A DNA stretch of 64,000 bases. Origin: an uncultured Sphaerotilus sp. (GTDB lineage: Bacteria; Pseudomonadota; Gammaproteobacteria; Burkholderiales; Burkholderiaceae_C). Under the pieces are notes generated by a model. It saw only the letters and a list, made by a program, of their open reading frames with translations. It did no database searches and was not told the DNA's origin. The translations under genes and the position numbers were made by a program. The stretch spans positions 4,140-68,139 of the forward strand of contig CAYYCN010000003.1 in assembly GCA_964470355.1 (NCBI GenBank), written 5' to 3'. Shown here one piece after another: positions 20,073 through 29,869 of this stretch (the stretch's first letter is position 1; every line of letters starts with the position of its first letter).

Positions 20073-21047
20073 TCAGAAACGGTCGTCCATCGTCTCCAGC
20101 AGCCACTGGGCACGTTGACGCAGGACCCCATCGGCCACCCCCTGGACCGGCGCGTCGGCCGCCAAAGCACGGCGCAACCAGGTCTCATAGGCTTGGCGGT
20201 CACCCGACGGCAGGGCCAGAGACTCGGCCATGGCAAGGAACGGTCCGGCGCCATGGCCCCCACTGGCCCGAACGGCCCGATCGAAGTACGCCTGTGCCTG
20301 AGAACGACTGCCACCGGGACGGGCCGCTTCCAACGTGCCCATCAAAGAGGCCAGCGCACCGTCACCATGATCGGGGTCGGCCTGCCAAGCCAGATGCGCC
20401 AGCGCGACCGCCTGCGGCAGATCGGCCACGACGTCGGGATGGTCCTTGGACAAGGCAATCCTCGCGCCCCACGATGCGGCGGCCCAATAGGCCACGGGAA
20501 CCCACTCGGGAGGCAAAGGAGCCAACCCCTCGACCGCACCCTCCAGCGACGGCCGTGCCTCCCTCAATTGACGCGAGAACCCAGGCCGGTGGACCTCCAG
20601 TGCCCCCATGGCGTGGCGATGCGCCCGGGCATACAGGCGTTCAGCGCGGACTTGGAGCCCTTGGGCCGCGCGGACGTCGTGCGACTCCAGTTTTTCGGCC
20701 TCGAAAGCCACAAAGGCATAGGCATACTGGGTGAAGCCCCCCGACACCGCTGCAGCCAAAGGCAGATGGCCCGGGTCCTGCCGCAAGACCGATTCGGACA
20801 GCTTGAGATAAAAAGCCGCCGCATCCCGTGCCAGGACCGGATCGTCTTCCGGCCCACTGCCCTGATGGGCCAGTTGGTCGGCCACGCCCCGAACCCACAG
20901 CTTCTGCGGCGCACAAGCACTGAGGACCAGAGCCAACGCCAGCACGCCCCCTCGGACCACCCCCGCACGGATCAAGTCATCCCCCCGCCTTGTCTTCCAT
21001 CGATTCGCCGTCTGCGATCGAATCAGTCTAGGAAAGACGGGTGACAT
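20073..21047 (-). CDS. TRAP transporter TatT (T-component) lipoprotein of a TPAT system (start uncertain)
   Basis: Lipobox LSAC, EDDPVLARDA, TPR-like helices; in operon with dctP and dctQM. Confidence 0.8.
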   Translation of the reverse strand: MSPVFPRLIRSQTANRWKTRRGDDLIRAGVVRGGVLALALVLSACAPQKLWVRGVADQLAHQGSGPEDDPVLARDAAAFYLKLSESVLRQDPGHLPLAAAVSGGFTQYAYAFVAFEAEKLESHDVRAAQGLQVRAERLYARAHRHAMGALEVHRPGFSRQLREARPSLEGAVEGLAPLPPEWVPVAYWAAASWGARIALSKDHPDVVADLPQAVALAHLAWQADPDHGDGALASLMGTLEAARPGGSRSQAQAYFDRAVRASGGHGAGPFLAMAESLALPSGDRQAYETWLRRALAADAPVQGVADGVLRQRAQWLLETMDDRF

Positions 21048-21403
21048 GCCCGTGACACCAGCCCCCCCCCGGTAGCGCACACCGACGTGTGCACGAGAGG
21101 GCGCGCATCCCCTCGGAATGGAACGCCGTGGCAACAGAGACTTGGGGTGGAGGCCCCTCGGTACTGCGGAAGGGCTGTAAAGCTTGATCAGCCCCTCATC
21201 CGAAAAGACCTCCAGTCCCTATTTTGGTGCCAGACAGGACCGCCCATGGATCGCTTAAGTGAATGTTCTACCGAACACAAGCCGAATTCGTGGCCATCGG
21301 GTGGCGCCAAATGCGAGTTCATCCCGAACCTTGCGGGCACCACAGCCCATTTGCGCCCTCGCGATCCAGCAGGAGAACACGCGATCCAGAAACAACCCAA
21401 AAG

Positions 21404-21451
21404 AAAAAAGCCCAAGTGAATCAATCACTTGGGCTCATATCTGGCGGAGAG
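21404..21451 (-). repeat. distal att site of island 1: tRNA-Ser 3' fragment plus terminator hairpin containing an IHF consensus
   Basis: AAAAAAGCCCAAGTGAATCAATCACTTGGGCT is identical at 46161-46192; TGGCGGAGAG (21442-21451) equals the tRNA 3' end; AATCAATCACTTG fits WATCAANNNNTTR. Confidence 0.85.
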
Positions 21452-21573
21452 CGTCCTCCGTTTTCACATCCAATCCACTTCAACGTCGTCCATCGATCCA
21501 TTTTAATTCAACAACTTACATCACAATCAAGTCCAAAGAGAGCCCATCGCATTCAATCGATATTGATGCAATT

Positions 21574-21595
21574 TGTGGGATAAAATGTGGGATAA
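21574..21595 (+). repeat. integrase arm-type tandem repeat (left copy)
   Basis: TGTGGGATAAAATGTGGGATAA; matches TGTGGGATGAAATGTGGGATAA at 46124-46145. Confidence 0.75.
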
Positions 21596-21611
21596 GAGAA
21601 AGCTCCATCAC

Positions 21612-22787
21612 ATGAAGCCCTCCGGTCAACATCCCCACAAACGTCTTTCTGCCCTTCAGGTTCGCAACCTGACGAAGCCCGGTCGCTACGCCGACGGTGA
21701 CGGCCTCTACCTTATGGTGGACGCCTCTGGAGCGCGGCGTTGGATCATGCGAATCATGGTCCAAGGCAAGCGCAAAGACCTCGGCCTCGGTGGCGCCAGT
21801 ACCGTAAGCCTCAAGGAGGCACGAGACAAAGCCCAGGAGATGCACACCCTCATCCGGTCAGGCAAAGACCCAGTGTCTGAGCGCAAAACCCTGCGCAGGG
21901 TCATTCCCACTTTCGCGGAGGCAGCAACCACGGTCCATTCTTCAATGGCATCGTCCTGGAAGAACGCCAAGCACGGTGCTCAGTGGATCAACACGATCAA
22001 CACCTATGCGACGCCCCTTCTGGGCACGCGCAGGATCGATGCGATCGGCACTCCGGAGATCCTGACGACGCTACAGCCGATTTGGCGCGAGAAGCCCGAG
22101 ACGGCCAGACGCGTGAAACAGCGTCTGCAAACGATCTTCGACTGGGCCAAGGCTGCAGGCTTCAGAGAGGGTGAGAACCCAGTCGACGGGGTTGAACGCG
22201 GTCTGCCCAAGCAAACTGACGAAGATGAACACCACAAGGCCCTGCCCTACGATCAGGTCGGGCAGTTCTTGCGGGACCTGCGCCAAAGCCCAAGCGGTTC
22301 GATTCCGAAACTCGGATTCGAATTTCTGATCCTGTCGGCCACGCGAACCAATGAGGTGCTAGGGGCCAAGTGGAACGAGATCGACATGGAACGGGCCTGC
22401 TGGACGATCCCAGCCGATCGGATGAAGGCTGGCAAAGAACATCGCGTGCCACTGTCTGAACGTTGCGTCGAAATCCTGCGAGCAGCCGAACAACTTCGTG
22501 ATGACGGTGACTACGTTTTCCCAGGACGATCGCAGAGCAAGCCGCTTTCGAACATGGCGTTCCTGCAGATCGTGCGCAGAATGAACTTGGCCATCACGCC
22601 CCACGGCTTCCGTTCAACGTTTCGCGACTGGGCGGCAGAGCAGACCCACTTCCCAAACGAGGTTTGCGAGCAAGCGCTGGCTCACACGATCAGCAATAAG
22701 GTCGAGGCAGCCTATCGACGCACAGACTTGTTCGAGAAGCGCAAGGAACTGATGGCTGCTTGGTGCACTTTCGTGCTCACGGACTGA
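21612..22787 (+). CDS. P4-family tyrosine integrase with N-terminal arm-binding domain
   Basis: PGRYADGDGLYL...RKDLGLG; catalytic ATRTNE, MKAG, HGFRSTF, LAH, AAY. Confidence 0.95.
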   Translation: MKPSGQHPHKRLSALQVRNLTKPGRYADGDGLYLMVDASGARRWIMRIMVQGKRKDLGLGGASTVSLKEARDKAQEMHTLIRSGKDPVSERKTLRRVIPTFAEAATTVHSSMASSWKNAKHGAQWINTINTYATPLLGTRRIDAIGTPEILTTLQPIWREKPETARRVKQRLQTIFDWAKAAGFREGENPVDGVERGLPKQTDEDEHHKALPYDQVGQFLRDLRQSPSGSIPKLGFEFLILSATRTNEVLGAKWNEIDMERACWTIPADRMKAGKEHRVPLSERCVEILRAAEQLRDDGDYVFPGRSQSKPLSNMAFLQIVRRMNLAITPHGFRSTFRDWAAEQTHFPNEVCEQALAHTISNKVEAAYRRTDLFEKRKELMAAWCTFVLTD

Positions 22788-22959
22788 ACGGTCACCCAAG
22801 TCGTCACCAGACAGTCAAACAGAATCGAGTGGCAATTCTGCAGCGGCTGCTGCCAGTGGCCACCGACAGCGGTACTCACGGTGTACGCCACCGACCGGGC
22901 ACTGGGGGCTACCGACCCGTCAACGGCGCAAAGTGCGTTCTCGGTGAGCCCCCCCGGAG

Positions 22960-23100
22960 TTCGACACCAAATGACCCTCTGCACCGAAGGCTCCAGCTAC
23001 TTCGTTACCTCCATGAGTGCCCCGGTTGCTTCCCGGCGGAAGCAATGTCGCCGGGTGGAATTCGCACCCACAGGAAAAACGCCGCCTTTTCACGGCGCAG
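22960..23100 (-). pseudogene. 5'-terminal fragment (domain I) of a group II intron, no RT gene
   Basis: Minus strand reads CTGCGCCGTGAAAAGGCGGCG...GGGTGCGAATTCCACCCGG...GAAGCAACCGG...CATGGAGGTAACGAA...GAGCCTTCGG, resembling bacterial group II intron 5' ends (GUGCG start mutated). Confidence 0.55.
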
Positions 23101-23212
23101 GTCGAACTCGGGGGTTCTACACAGTCGGGGTGGCCTTACGAGCCGTTCAGACGCGGGGGGATACATCCAATGCGAGCACAACAGGACTATTCATTGTCTG
23201 ATCTGATCAAAA

Positions 23213-24931
23213 TTACCCGCGATCACTTCGGCCAATTTCACGAAAATCGGCATTAATAGCTTTTCCGTTGTCGTACCATTTCTTGAAGCGCATTTGTCGA
23301 TCTTGTAGATTCAGCATCTCAGTATCAATGGCAGCGAGTTGCCGCTTAAGGCTCACAAACGCCGGAAAGAATTGATCTGAAAAGTCTGGCGAATCCACCA
23401 CCCGTATTACTTCCACGGATTGTCCCTGGAGGTTGGAGATCAAGGTACCAATGACCTCCGCGAACTTGGCCTGACGCTCCTTCTCCTTGTAGCTGTCCCA
23501 GGCTTCCAGTGCAATACCAACAACAGCCAACGCGCCGCCAATACCATTGGCCAGTTTTGTTGCGCCCCATGGCTTGAATTTTAGATACTTGCTTATATCG
23601 ATGCCCACCATCTTGGTGGCTACATTGACGCCGTCGCGCACAATTAGCACGTTACTATTGGTGACGACGCCAGGTTGCGAGAGGAAATTAATGCCCTTCT
23701 TGCCAACTGCACTAATCACGTCGTTGTAGTGCACAATTTCATTATTGACATTCACCTGAATTCGGCTCAGATCGCTTGCAATACCCCCCACTTCATCGCT
23801 GAATATTTCCTGGACACTTTGCTGAACCAAACACCCTTCGTTACCGATTTCCCGATGCATGAATTCGTTGAACGTATTTACGCCTACATTCTTGGCCTGC
23901 AGTTGCAGGTCTTCGAAATAGCGTAGCAGCCGACCGCGCAAACGCACTTGCGCTTTTCCGATGTTGCCGTGGACCTTCTGCAGTTCAACGGCTTGGCTTT
24001 CCTTGATTTCGGTGACACGACGTGCTTCATCGGCCAGAAGAGCATAGGCCTCCTTGGCCTGAGGCAACTGTTTGGTGATGACGTCCGAGATGATTGATTT
24101 TTTGGTCTCGTTGGCCAGCATCAAAAGCCCACCATTGCTTTCGATTTTCTGATGCGTCGCGGTCTGCAGTTCTTCGATACGCGATAGATTACGGAAATCT
24201 GGGAGATTGTTTAGCCAGTGCTCCACGCCCATGTCGAACGGGTTGGCCGACACAGCAACGATGGAGATATCAGCCCGATCCTGTGACGTCAACTCCAGCA
24301 CGTCGTTCAGGCGCTTGAGTACAGAAGCCTTCTTGACTAGGAACTTTTCCTGGAATTCGACTGAATCCGCCACATCTGCAACTTCATCGAAGCGACTGAG
24401 CACGAATACAGTGCGGGGCAGCAGGTTAAGCGTGCGGAAAAGCCATTTCAAGTCTTCTGTATGGCTTTCCTTGATCGGATTGGTCGAATTCATTACGTAC
24501 AGCACAAGGTGGGCTTCACTGACGTAGCGCTTGGTGATGTCCTTGTATCTCTCGATCTGCTCGGTCGATGCGTTTACCTTCTCCTTGAAGCCAAATAGTC
24601 CGGGCGTATCGATTATCTGCAATTTGTCTTTAAAATTATAAATAGCGACTTCGCTGGAAGATTCTTGTTGACTGATGTTCATGCTCTTGCGGTCGAGCTC
24701 TTCCAGCCAGGCTGCTACGATTGAAGTCTTACCTTCGGAAAATCCGCCGATCAACGCGACCTTGAGCTTCTGGTCAGCGGCGCGTTCCAATGATTTCTGA
24801 AGCTTTTCCGCCAATTCAGGATGCAACTGAATACCTAGCTCGTGACCTTCCTTCACGAAGGAGGCCAGGCTGTTCAGGATATCCAAAGCCCGTTGCTTTT
24901 GCTGCTCGAAAGAATCAATTGCGCTGGTCAT
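23213..24931 (-). CDS. leoA: LeoA-family dynamin-like GTPase (Eleos-type defence)
   Basis: KVALIGGFSEGKTS, DTPGLFG, RTVFVLSRFDE, KFKPWGA; paired with a second dynamin-like gene. Confidence 0.85.
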   Translation of the reverse strand: MTSAIDSFEQQKQRALDILNSLASFVKEGHELGIQLHPELAEKLQKSLERAADQKLKVALIGGFSEGKTSIVAAWLEELDRKSMNISQQESSSEVAIYNFKDKLQIIDTPGLFGFKEKVNASTEQIERYKDITKRYVSEAHLVLYVMNSTNPIKESHTEDLKWLFRTLNLLPRTVFVLSRFDEVADVADSVEFQEKFLVKKASVLKRLNDVLELTSQDRADISIVAVSANPFDMGVEHWLNNLPDFRNLSRIEELQTATHQKIESNGGLLMLANETKKSIISDVITKQLPQAKEAYALLADEARRVTEIKESQAVELQKVHGNIGKAQVRLRGRLLRYFEDLQLQAKNVGVNTFNEFMHREIGNEGCLVQQSVQEIFSDEVGGIASDLSRIQVNVNNEIVHYNDVISAVGKKGINFLSQPGVVTNSNVLIVRDGVNVATKMVGIDISKYLKFKPWGATKLANGIGGALAVVGIALEAWDSYKEKERQAKFAEVIGTLISNLQGQSVEVIRVVDSPDFSDQFFPAFVSLKRQLAAIDTEMLNLQDRQMRFKKWYDNGKAINADFREIGRSDRG

Positions 24932-24949
24932 TTTTTTATATTCCGATGT

Positions 24950-27253
24950 TCAAAGTGTGTCCGCAGAGAATGCGGCCGATTTTGTGAATGTGGGCATGAT
25001 GGATCCCATAGCTGCCGGTATCGACTTGGGAGCAATCTCGTCTCGCATGGCAACCATCTTGGCGGCGACTCCTTCCAGCGCCGTTTTGGTATTGACGCTT
25101 TGTTCGTAAGGAATGCACATCTGCTTCTTGGTTTCCAGCAGCGCTTCGTGTATCTTTGCACTCGCTGATTCAAGGTTTTCGTCCAGCATTTGGCTGAGCT
25201 TCGTGAACACCTTTCCTAGGTTGTCGTCTGCTGACTTTCGCTGCTGCTCTTTCTTATAGTCGCTACTGAAGAAGCTGCGGACGGCCTTGTAGAAGCTGAA
25301 AACCAGACTGACCGCACCTAGCACGGCAGCGGCCGTCCAGCCCACGGGGTTTGAAGCCAGAAACGACGCCCAAATCAGCGCAGCCGCTCCGCCGAGCGTT
25401 GATATGAGCCCGATCAAGTTAATCCCGTTGTCCATCTTGAAATCGCTATTGAATTTCAGCTTCAAAGATGCAAATGGATCATCGATCGTGTAGCGCAATA
25501 TATCATCCACGTTCTTCTGATTTTTCTTGATGATTTCACCAGCATCGTGTTTAAACGCCTCAAACACTTTGTTAAATCGCACTTCGAGGTCGTCGCCGAT
25601 GCTGGTCTTGAGCTCATCGATGTCGTCCGTCAGGCGACCCTTAAAATCGTCATTACTTTGATCACTGGCGATGTAACTGTAGATTGCCGTGCGCATGGCT
25701 GATTTTTTTTCACTCAACTGGTCGTGGCATTCGTTCTTGAGTTTCTGCGAGGTACCAGAGAGCAGGGCATCGATCTGCAAGGAAGCGAACTTCTGCTGAA
25801 CTTCGAGTTTTTGCGCCGCGTCGGCGAAGTTGTCGCGCGCCTTATGTAGATGGTCGATTCCGTCCTGCAAGCAACTGCGGATCTTTTTTAGATTGGCATC
25901 ACCGATCTTTTTCTGAAAATTCTGGCAGATCTCCGCACGAATGAACTGCAGGAATGAATTCATGCCGCTGCGAATTAGAATGTCACTTTCACTCATTGCC
26001 GCCAGGAACTTATCTCGGCTTTTAACGTGCGGATTGTTAGGCACAAAACAAACAGCCGACGCAAGGAAAGCCGGCATTCCGCTCACACAGATGTGCCCTT
26101 TATAGGTATCCGACCCCAACATGCCGCTGAGTGACTTACCCATTTCCACCAGTCCGATAGAATCATTCTTATTGATCAACGTCTCGCCCTGCAAAACCTG
26201 TGGATTTGTCGCACTCTTGTTGTAGATTGCCCAAACTTCGGTCTGCTTGCCGAGTTGGCGTTTAATTTTGTCGATCGTGCCTTCCTGGCCTTCGCTACCC
26301 GACCCGGGAGGCGTGGCTGCGCGCGTCACATAGAAAACAGCATGGGCTTTTTTGACGGACGCCTCGATGGCACTCATCACCTGCGTTTCATCACCTTCGA
26401 TGCCGGGGACATCGATCAACTGGAACTTCTGGTTGTCGGCCGTAAAACAGTAGGCGTGCGACTGCAACGTGAAGTCAGATCGACCGTTTCCGATGATGTT
26501 GCCGTCCTGTAGCGGCATCAACTGCGCGAACGAGTTTTCCATTTGGGCCAGATCGCGGCGACGCGCGCTCAACTCTTCACTCACTTTGAGCGGTTCTGCG
26601 GCAATAGCTTCCAGCTTCGCATTATTCTCGGTCTTGAACTGATCGAACAGAAACTCCTGTGCCGACAATGATTTTTCTTCGTCCAGCTTCTTGAATAGGC
26701 ACAGCAGTCTTTGCCATAGACTCAAAGTTTTCCGCTTGCGCTCTACGGCGGCTCTCAACGCCTCCAGTTGTGCACTCTGCTGCTGTTCTTCGCCTTGCAG
26801 TTTCTTCTTGAAAATCTCTGCCTGGCCTTGGCTTTCGGCCAGTTTGCATTCCAGTTGCTGGATAGACTTTTCCAATGCAGAGATACTGTCCGGATCGACG
26901 CGAAGGTCTTTGGCCAGCATCTTGAATTTCTCCTGCATGGCAAGCTTCTCGCTGTCGCCCAGCAGGATTCTCAAGGTTTCTATCAGCGTAGACTTTCCTG
27001 CGTTTGTCTCACCATAGAACGCGATGGTGAACGTATCCCATTCGGCGAGCTCCTGAAGTTCGCGAATGTCTTCATTAGTCTGGTCGCGAAACTTCTCGAG
27101 CAATGTCTTGGAGTTGGCAATCGCCCCTTCCAAATCAAGGTTGCCGTCGGTGACTGATGTCTTCCTGAGTACCACTGCAAGTGACTGGTCAACCATTTTG
27201 GTCAACTGGTCATAAAATTTCTCCGAATTAAAACTAGTATTTTTCATGCTCAT
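24950..27253 (-). CDS. LeoBC-like dynamin-like GTPase with coiled-coil insertion and C-terminal TM hairpin
   Basis: TIAFYGETNAGKST, GNGRSDFT, DVPGIEG, YNKS; hydrophobic hairpin SNPVGW. Confidence 0.8.
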   Translation of the reverse strand: MSMKNTSFNSEKFYDQLTKMVDQSLAVVLRKTSVTDGNLDLEGAIANSKTLLEKFRDQTNEDIRELQELAEWDTFTIAFYGETNAGKSTLIETLRILLGDSEKLAMQEKFKMLAKDLRVDPDSISALEKSIQQLECKLAESQGQAEIFKKKLQGEEQQQSAQLEALRAAVERKRKTLSLWQRLLCLFKKLDEEKSLSAQEFLFDQFKTENNAKLEAIAAEPLKVSEELSARRRDLAQMENSFAQLMPLQDGNIIGNGRSDFTLQSHAYCFTADNQKFQLIDVPGIEGDETQVMSAIEASVKKAHAVFYVTRAATPPGSGSEGQEGTIDKIKRQLGKQTEVWAIYNKSATNPQVLQGETLINKNDSIGLVEMGKSLSGMLGSDTYKGHICVSGMPAFLASAVCFVPNNPHVKSRDKFLAAMSESDILIRSGMNSFLQFIRAEICQNFQKKIGDANLKKIRSCLQDGIDHLHKARDNFADAAQKLEVQQKFASLQIDALLSGTSQKLKNECHDQLSEKKSAMRTAIYSYIASDQSNDDFKGRLTDDIDELKTSIGDDLEVRFNKVFEAFKHDAGEIIKKNQKNVDDILRYTIDDPFASLKLKFNSDFKMDNGINLIGLISTLGGAAALIWASFLASNPVGWTAAAVLGAVSLVFSFYKAVRSFFSSDYKKEQQRKSADDNLGKVFTKLSQMLDENLESASAKIHEALLETKKQMCIPYEQSVNTKTALEGVAAKMVAMRDEIAPKSIPAAMGSIMPTFTKSAAFSADTL

Positions 27254-27338
27254 CAGATATTACCATGCCCAATAGAATCCACCATCTGACCGACAAAAAA
27301 GCGGCATTCAAATGGATCGCATTAATCATTTACCACAA

Positions 27339-27557
27339 TCACATCTTTCGTCCACCCGTATTCTTCAAGGCAGAACCAACCAACTTTAAGACCCCGGCCA
27401 ACAAGGAGGCATCCTGACGTTTGGTCGAGGAATGACATCGAGGACAGTTTTTGGCTACAAAATGGATACAATCCGACCGCTGCTCCACCACCTCTGATTT
27501 CCATCCGCACTTTGTGCAGACGTCTTGCTTGTAGGGGTATGCAGGTGCAACAGGCAT
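27339..27557 (-). CDS. small zinc-ribbon protein
   Basis: CTKC...CPRC; GGAGA RBS; same strand between WYL and leoBC. Confidence 0.6.
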   Translation of the reverse strand: MPVAPAYPYKQDVCTKCGWKSEVVEQRSDCIHFVAKNCPRCHSSTKRQDASLLAGVLKLVGSALKNTGGRKM

Positions 27558-27582
27558 TTTTCTCCTTTGATGTTTTCCAGGC

Positions 27583-27837
27583 TCAGTCCGCAGCCCAGTG
27601 TTTCACCGTTTTAACCAGCAACGACACCGGAACGGCTCCCAGCCCCATCGACCCTAGAATCGCCCAGGTTGGCTTCCCCAGGATGGAATACAGCACCATA
27701 AAGCTCGCTTCGTAAGCGACGACGACACCGGCCAGCACAACGCCCAACGAAACCAGGGATGCCAACACGACCACATAAGCGCCTATGTCCGCGACAACAA
27801 GGGTCGCAACGATGAGGGCAATCGCCACCGCCACCAT
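27583..27837 (-). CDS. small membrane protein
   Basis: 2-3 hydrophobic helices; starts immediately after the WYL stop. Confidence 0.55.
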   Translation of the reverse strand: MVAVAIALIVATLVVADIGAYVVVLASLVSLGVVLAGVVVAYEASFMVLYSILGKPTWAILGSMGLGAVPVSLLVKTVKHWAAD

Positions 27838-27838
27838 T

Positions 27839-28936
27839 TCAAGCCCCTCCCCTCAGATACTCCACCAATTGCTCGTTGAGTTGCGCCTGTAAAGATTCCG
27901 GCTGGATGAACCGCACATGCGGAATCCACGCCCGTACCAGCGGCAGTATTTGGTCCGCGTGGGCCACCATGCCGGAGAGGATCAGCCCGCCGTCGCTGAG
28001 CGACTTGACGAGTTTTTGCTGCGGCACCAGCTTGCGCCGCAGGAAATACCCCGCCGCCACAGGCGCCACGCGCAGCACCACCTCGATCTTGTGGCGGTTG
28101 AGCCAAATGCTGTCTTCGCGGTCCAGCTCGGCTGTCACGGCGGGGTCGGGTACGAAGGTCTCACCGTGGAGCACCAGCAGCCGGCGGATCTTCGAGAAGG
28201 TGAAGGCCCGCAACGCCCCGTCGGCATTGACCGAACCCAGGTACCACACACCGCCGTGGTTGAGGAGGCTGTAGGGCCGGATCCGGCTGTACCGCTTGTG
28301 CACCAACTGTTCGCCTTCGGTCTTGGCGTAGACGAAGTCGATGCAGCAGTGCTCCCGGATGGCGCTCTGCAGTTGCTCGAAGTCGGTCTTCAGCGCATCC
28401 AGGTCTTCGTAAGCCGGGCTCTGCACGCGGGTGGCAGGGTCGCGGTCGGCATTCATCAGTTCCCGCAGGGTCAGGTCGGTCAGCCCGGGGAACAAGCCGT
28501 CCACACCAGTGCGGTCTGCAAAGCAGCGCACCTTGTCCAGCGACAGCCGGCCCACGGCCTCGGGCTTGGAACGGTAGTCCAAGAGGCCGTCACGCTCGAT
28601 CAACCCCAGGTCCCTGAACCGCTTCAGGTCGCGCTGGATGGTGCGCGGTGCCACACCCAGTTCCTGCGCGAGGTCGCGGGTGCGCAGGCGGCGGCCTTCG
28701 TTGATACGGCACAGGATTTCAACCAGGCGCTGGGCCAGCTTGCCTTCGTCGTCGTCCGCGAGGGAAGGATCGGTCACGGCAGGTATCTCGATGGAACACA
28801 CCTGAGGACCACACCCCGCCCCAAAACTCCCCGGGCAAGGACCTCTCTGATGCATTTGTGTTTTTGTTGCTTGGCAGCATACGCAGGGCTCCTGCTGGGA
28901 TCGCCCCCCCGGTCCGGGGGGCGTGAGGTGGATCAC
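27839..28936 (-). CDS. HTH-WYL-WCX transcriptional regulator (true start possibly ~28776)
   Basis: DLAQELGVAPRTIQRDL HTH; PYSLLNHGGVWYLG; RAFTFSKI; LVRAWIPHVRFIQP. Confidence 0.9.
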   Translation of the reverse strand: MIHLTPPGPGGRSQQEPCVCCQATKTQMHQRGPCPGSFGAGCGPQVCSIEIPAVTDPSLADDDEGKLAQRLVEILCRINEGRRLRTRDLAQELGVAPRTIQRDLKRFRDLGLIERDGLLDYRSKPEAVGRLSLDKVRCFADRTGVDGLFPGLTDLTLRELMNADRDPATRVQSPAYEDLDALKTDFEQLQSAIREHCCIDFVYAKTEGEQLVHKRYSRIRPYSLLNHGGVWYLGSVNADGALRAFTFSKIRRLLVLHGETFVPDPAVTAELDREDSIWLNRHKIEVVLRVAPVAAGYFLRRKLVPQQKLVKSLSDGGLILSGMVAHADQILPLVRAWIPHVRFIQPESLQAQLNEQLVEYLRGGA

Positions 28937-29355
28937 TGAGTGAGCGTGAAGGAGTGGCGGTTTTCCAGTTCATCCATATGCGGGGCCTTCGTCCGTCGCT
29001 ACTTGGAAGCAATGGGGGCCATGTCTTGAATCTCGTTGGCGTTAGTAAAGTCAAAGTTCATCGCGCCCGTCAGGTGTAGGCACTGCCCAGCTTGACTTGA
29101 CGAAAGGCGGGGTGGATCTTCATGACTCGGAGTCCTTGGATGGGTTGGAATGGGAGGGCAACTGGATCGCGTCCTGTAGCTGCTCAAGCGCCTCAGCCTG
29201 GAAGTCAGGAAGGGGCCTAGCCATCAGCATGTCGATGTCCATTTGCTTCATTCGTCGGTGGTGGAGACCGGTTCCTGGGCCGGCTGGCTGCAGGCCGTCT
29301 GCGGCAACGTGGCCCCGAGCCCGAAGCCCAACTGCTTCTGTTGAGTGTGGTTCAT
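28933..29355 (-). other. chain of five micro-ORFs (35, 43, 17, 20, 14 aa) leading into the WYL gene
   Basis: ORFs 29355-29248, 29251-29120, 29123-29070, 29061-28999, 28977-28933; ATGA, ATGA and GTGA start/stop overlaps. Confidence 0.4.
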
Positions 29356-29419
29356 GATGTCGTCGTTCCCTGGTGTTCACCCCCAACTCGGGGCACAGAA
29401 CGAAGGCTAAAAAGCAGGT

Positions 29420-29436
29420 GCGACAGGTGGTGTCGC
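29420..29436. promoter_or_regulatory. GCGACA-N5-TGTCGC palindrome, candidate WYL operator
   Basis: CGAC-N7-GTCG just upstream of the micro-ORF/WYL operon. Confidence 0.5.
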
Positions 29437-29869
29437 GGTGTCAGATCAGTCTCGCAATTGCTATCGCAATATCACTTTCACCCCGCATTTGAGGGTGCTG
29501 CGCGACGATCAGATCATGGCGAGTGATCGCGCTTGTGGCGACGGCTCAATCTGAGCCATGTCGGCGCCAACACACATCCACGACTGGTGCCTAGCAGGAA
29601 CAGTCGCTCGCAGGGTCTGGCGATGCGCCGGGATTGAGCGTCCGGTCCCGATAGTCCAGTAGTCATAGAACAACACGACACGCTCACCAAGTGACCGGTG
29701 ACAGCGGGCGCCGCCGCTGAGGCCCCATCTACGAATAATTGGAGCCAGTCTTGACCGGGCTCTCACGTGGCACCCTCCAAGGGCGGCCCCTAGCCGGCAG
29801 GGTCCTGTTCGTGTTACCGCCGAAAGTCGACCGTCCTGGGGCTTTCGTTTTGCGCCAACAGCCGAAGGC

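Noticed and set aside
21442-21451. tRNA-like sequence (also at 46200-46216)
   Set aside because: Only 10-17 nt of the 3' end; these are att duplications, not tRNA genes
21573-21611. MWDKMWDK N-terminal extension of the integrase
   Set aside because: It is the translation of the DNA arm repeat; ATG 21612 is the more plausible start
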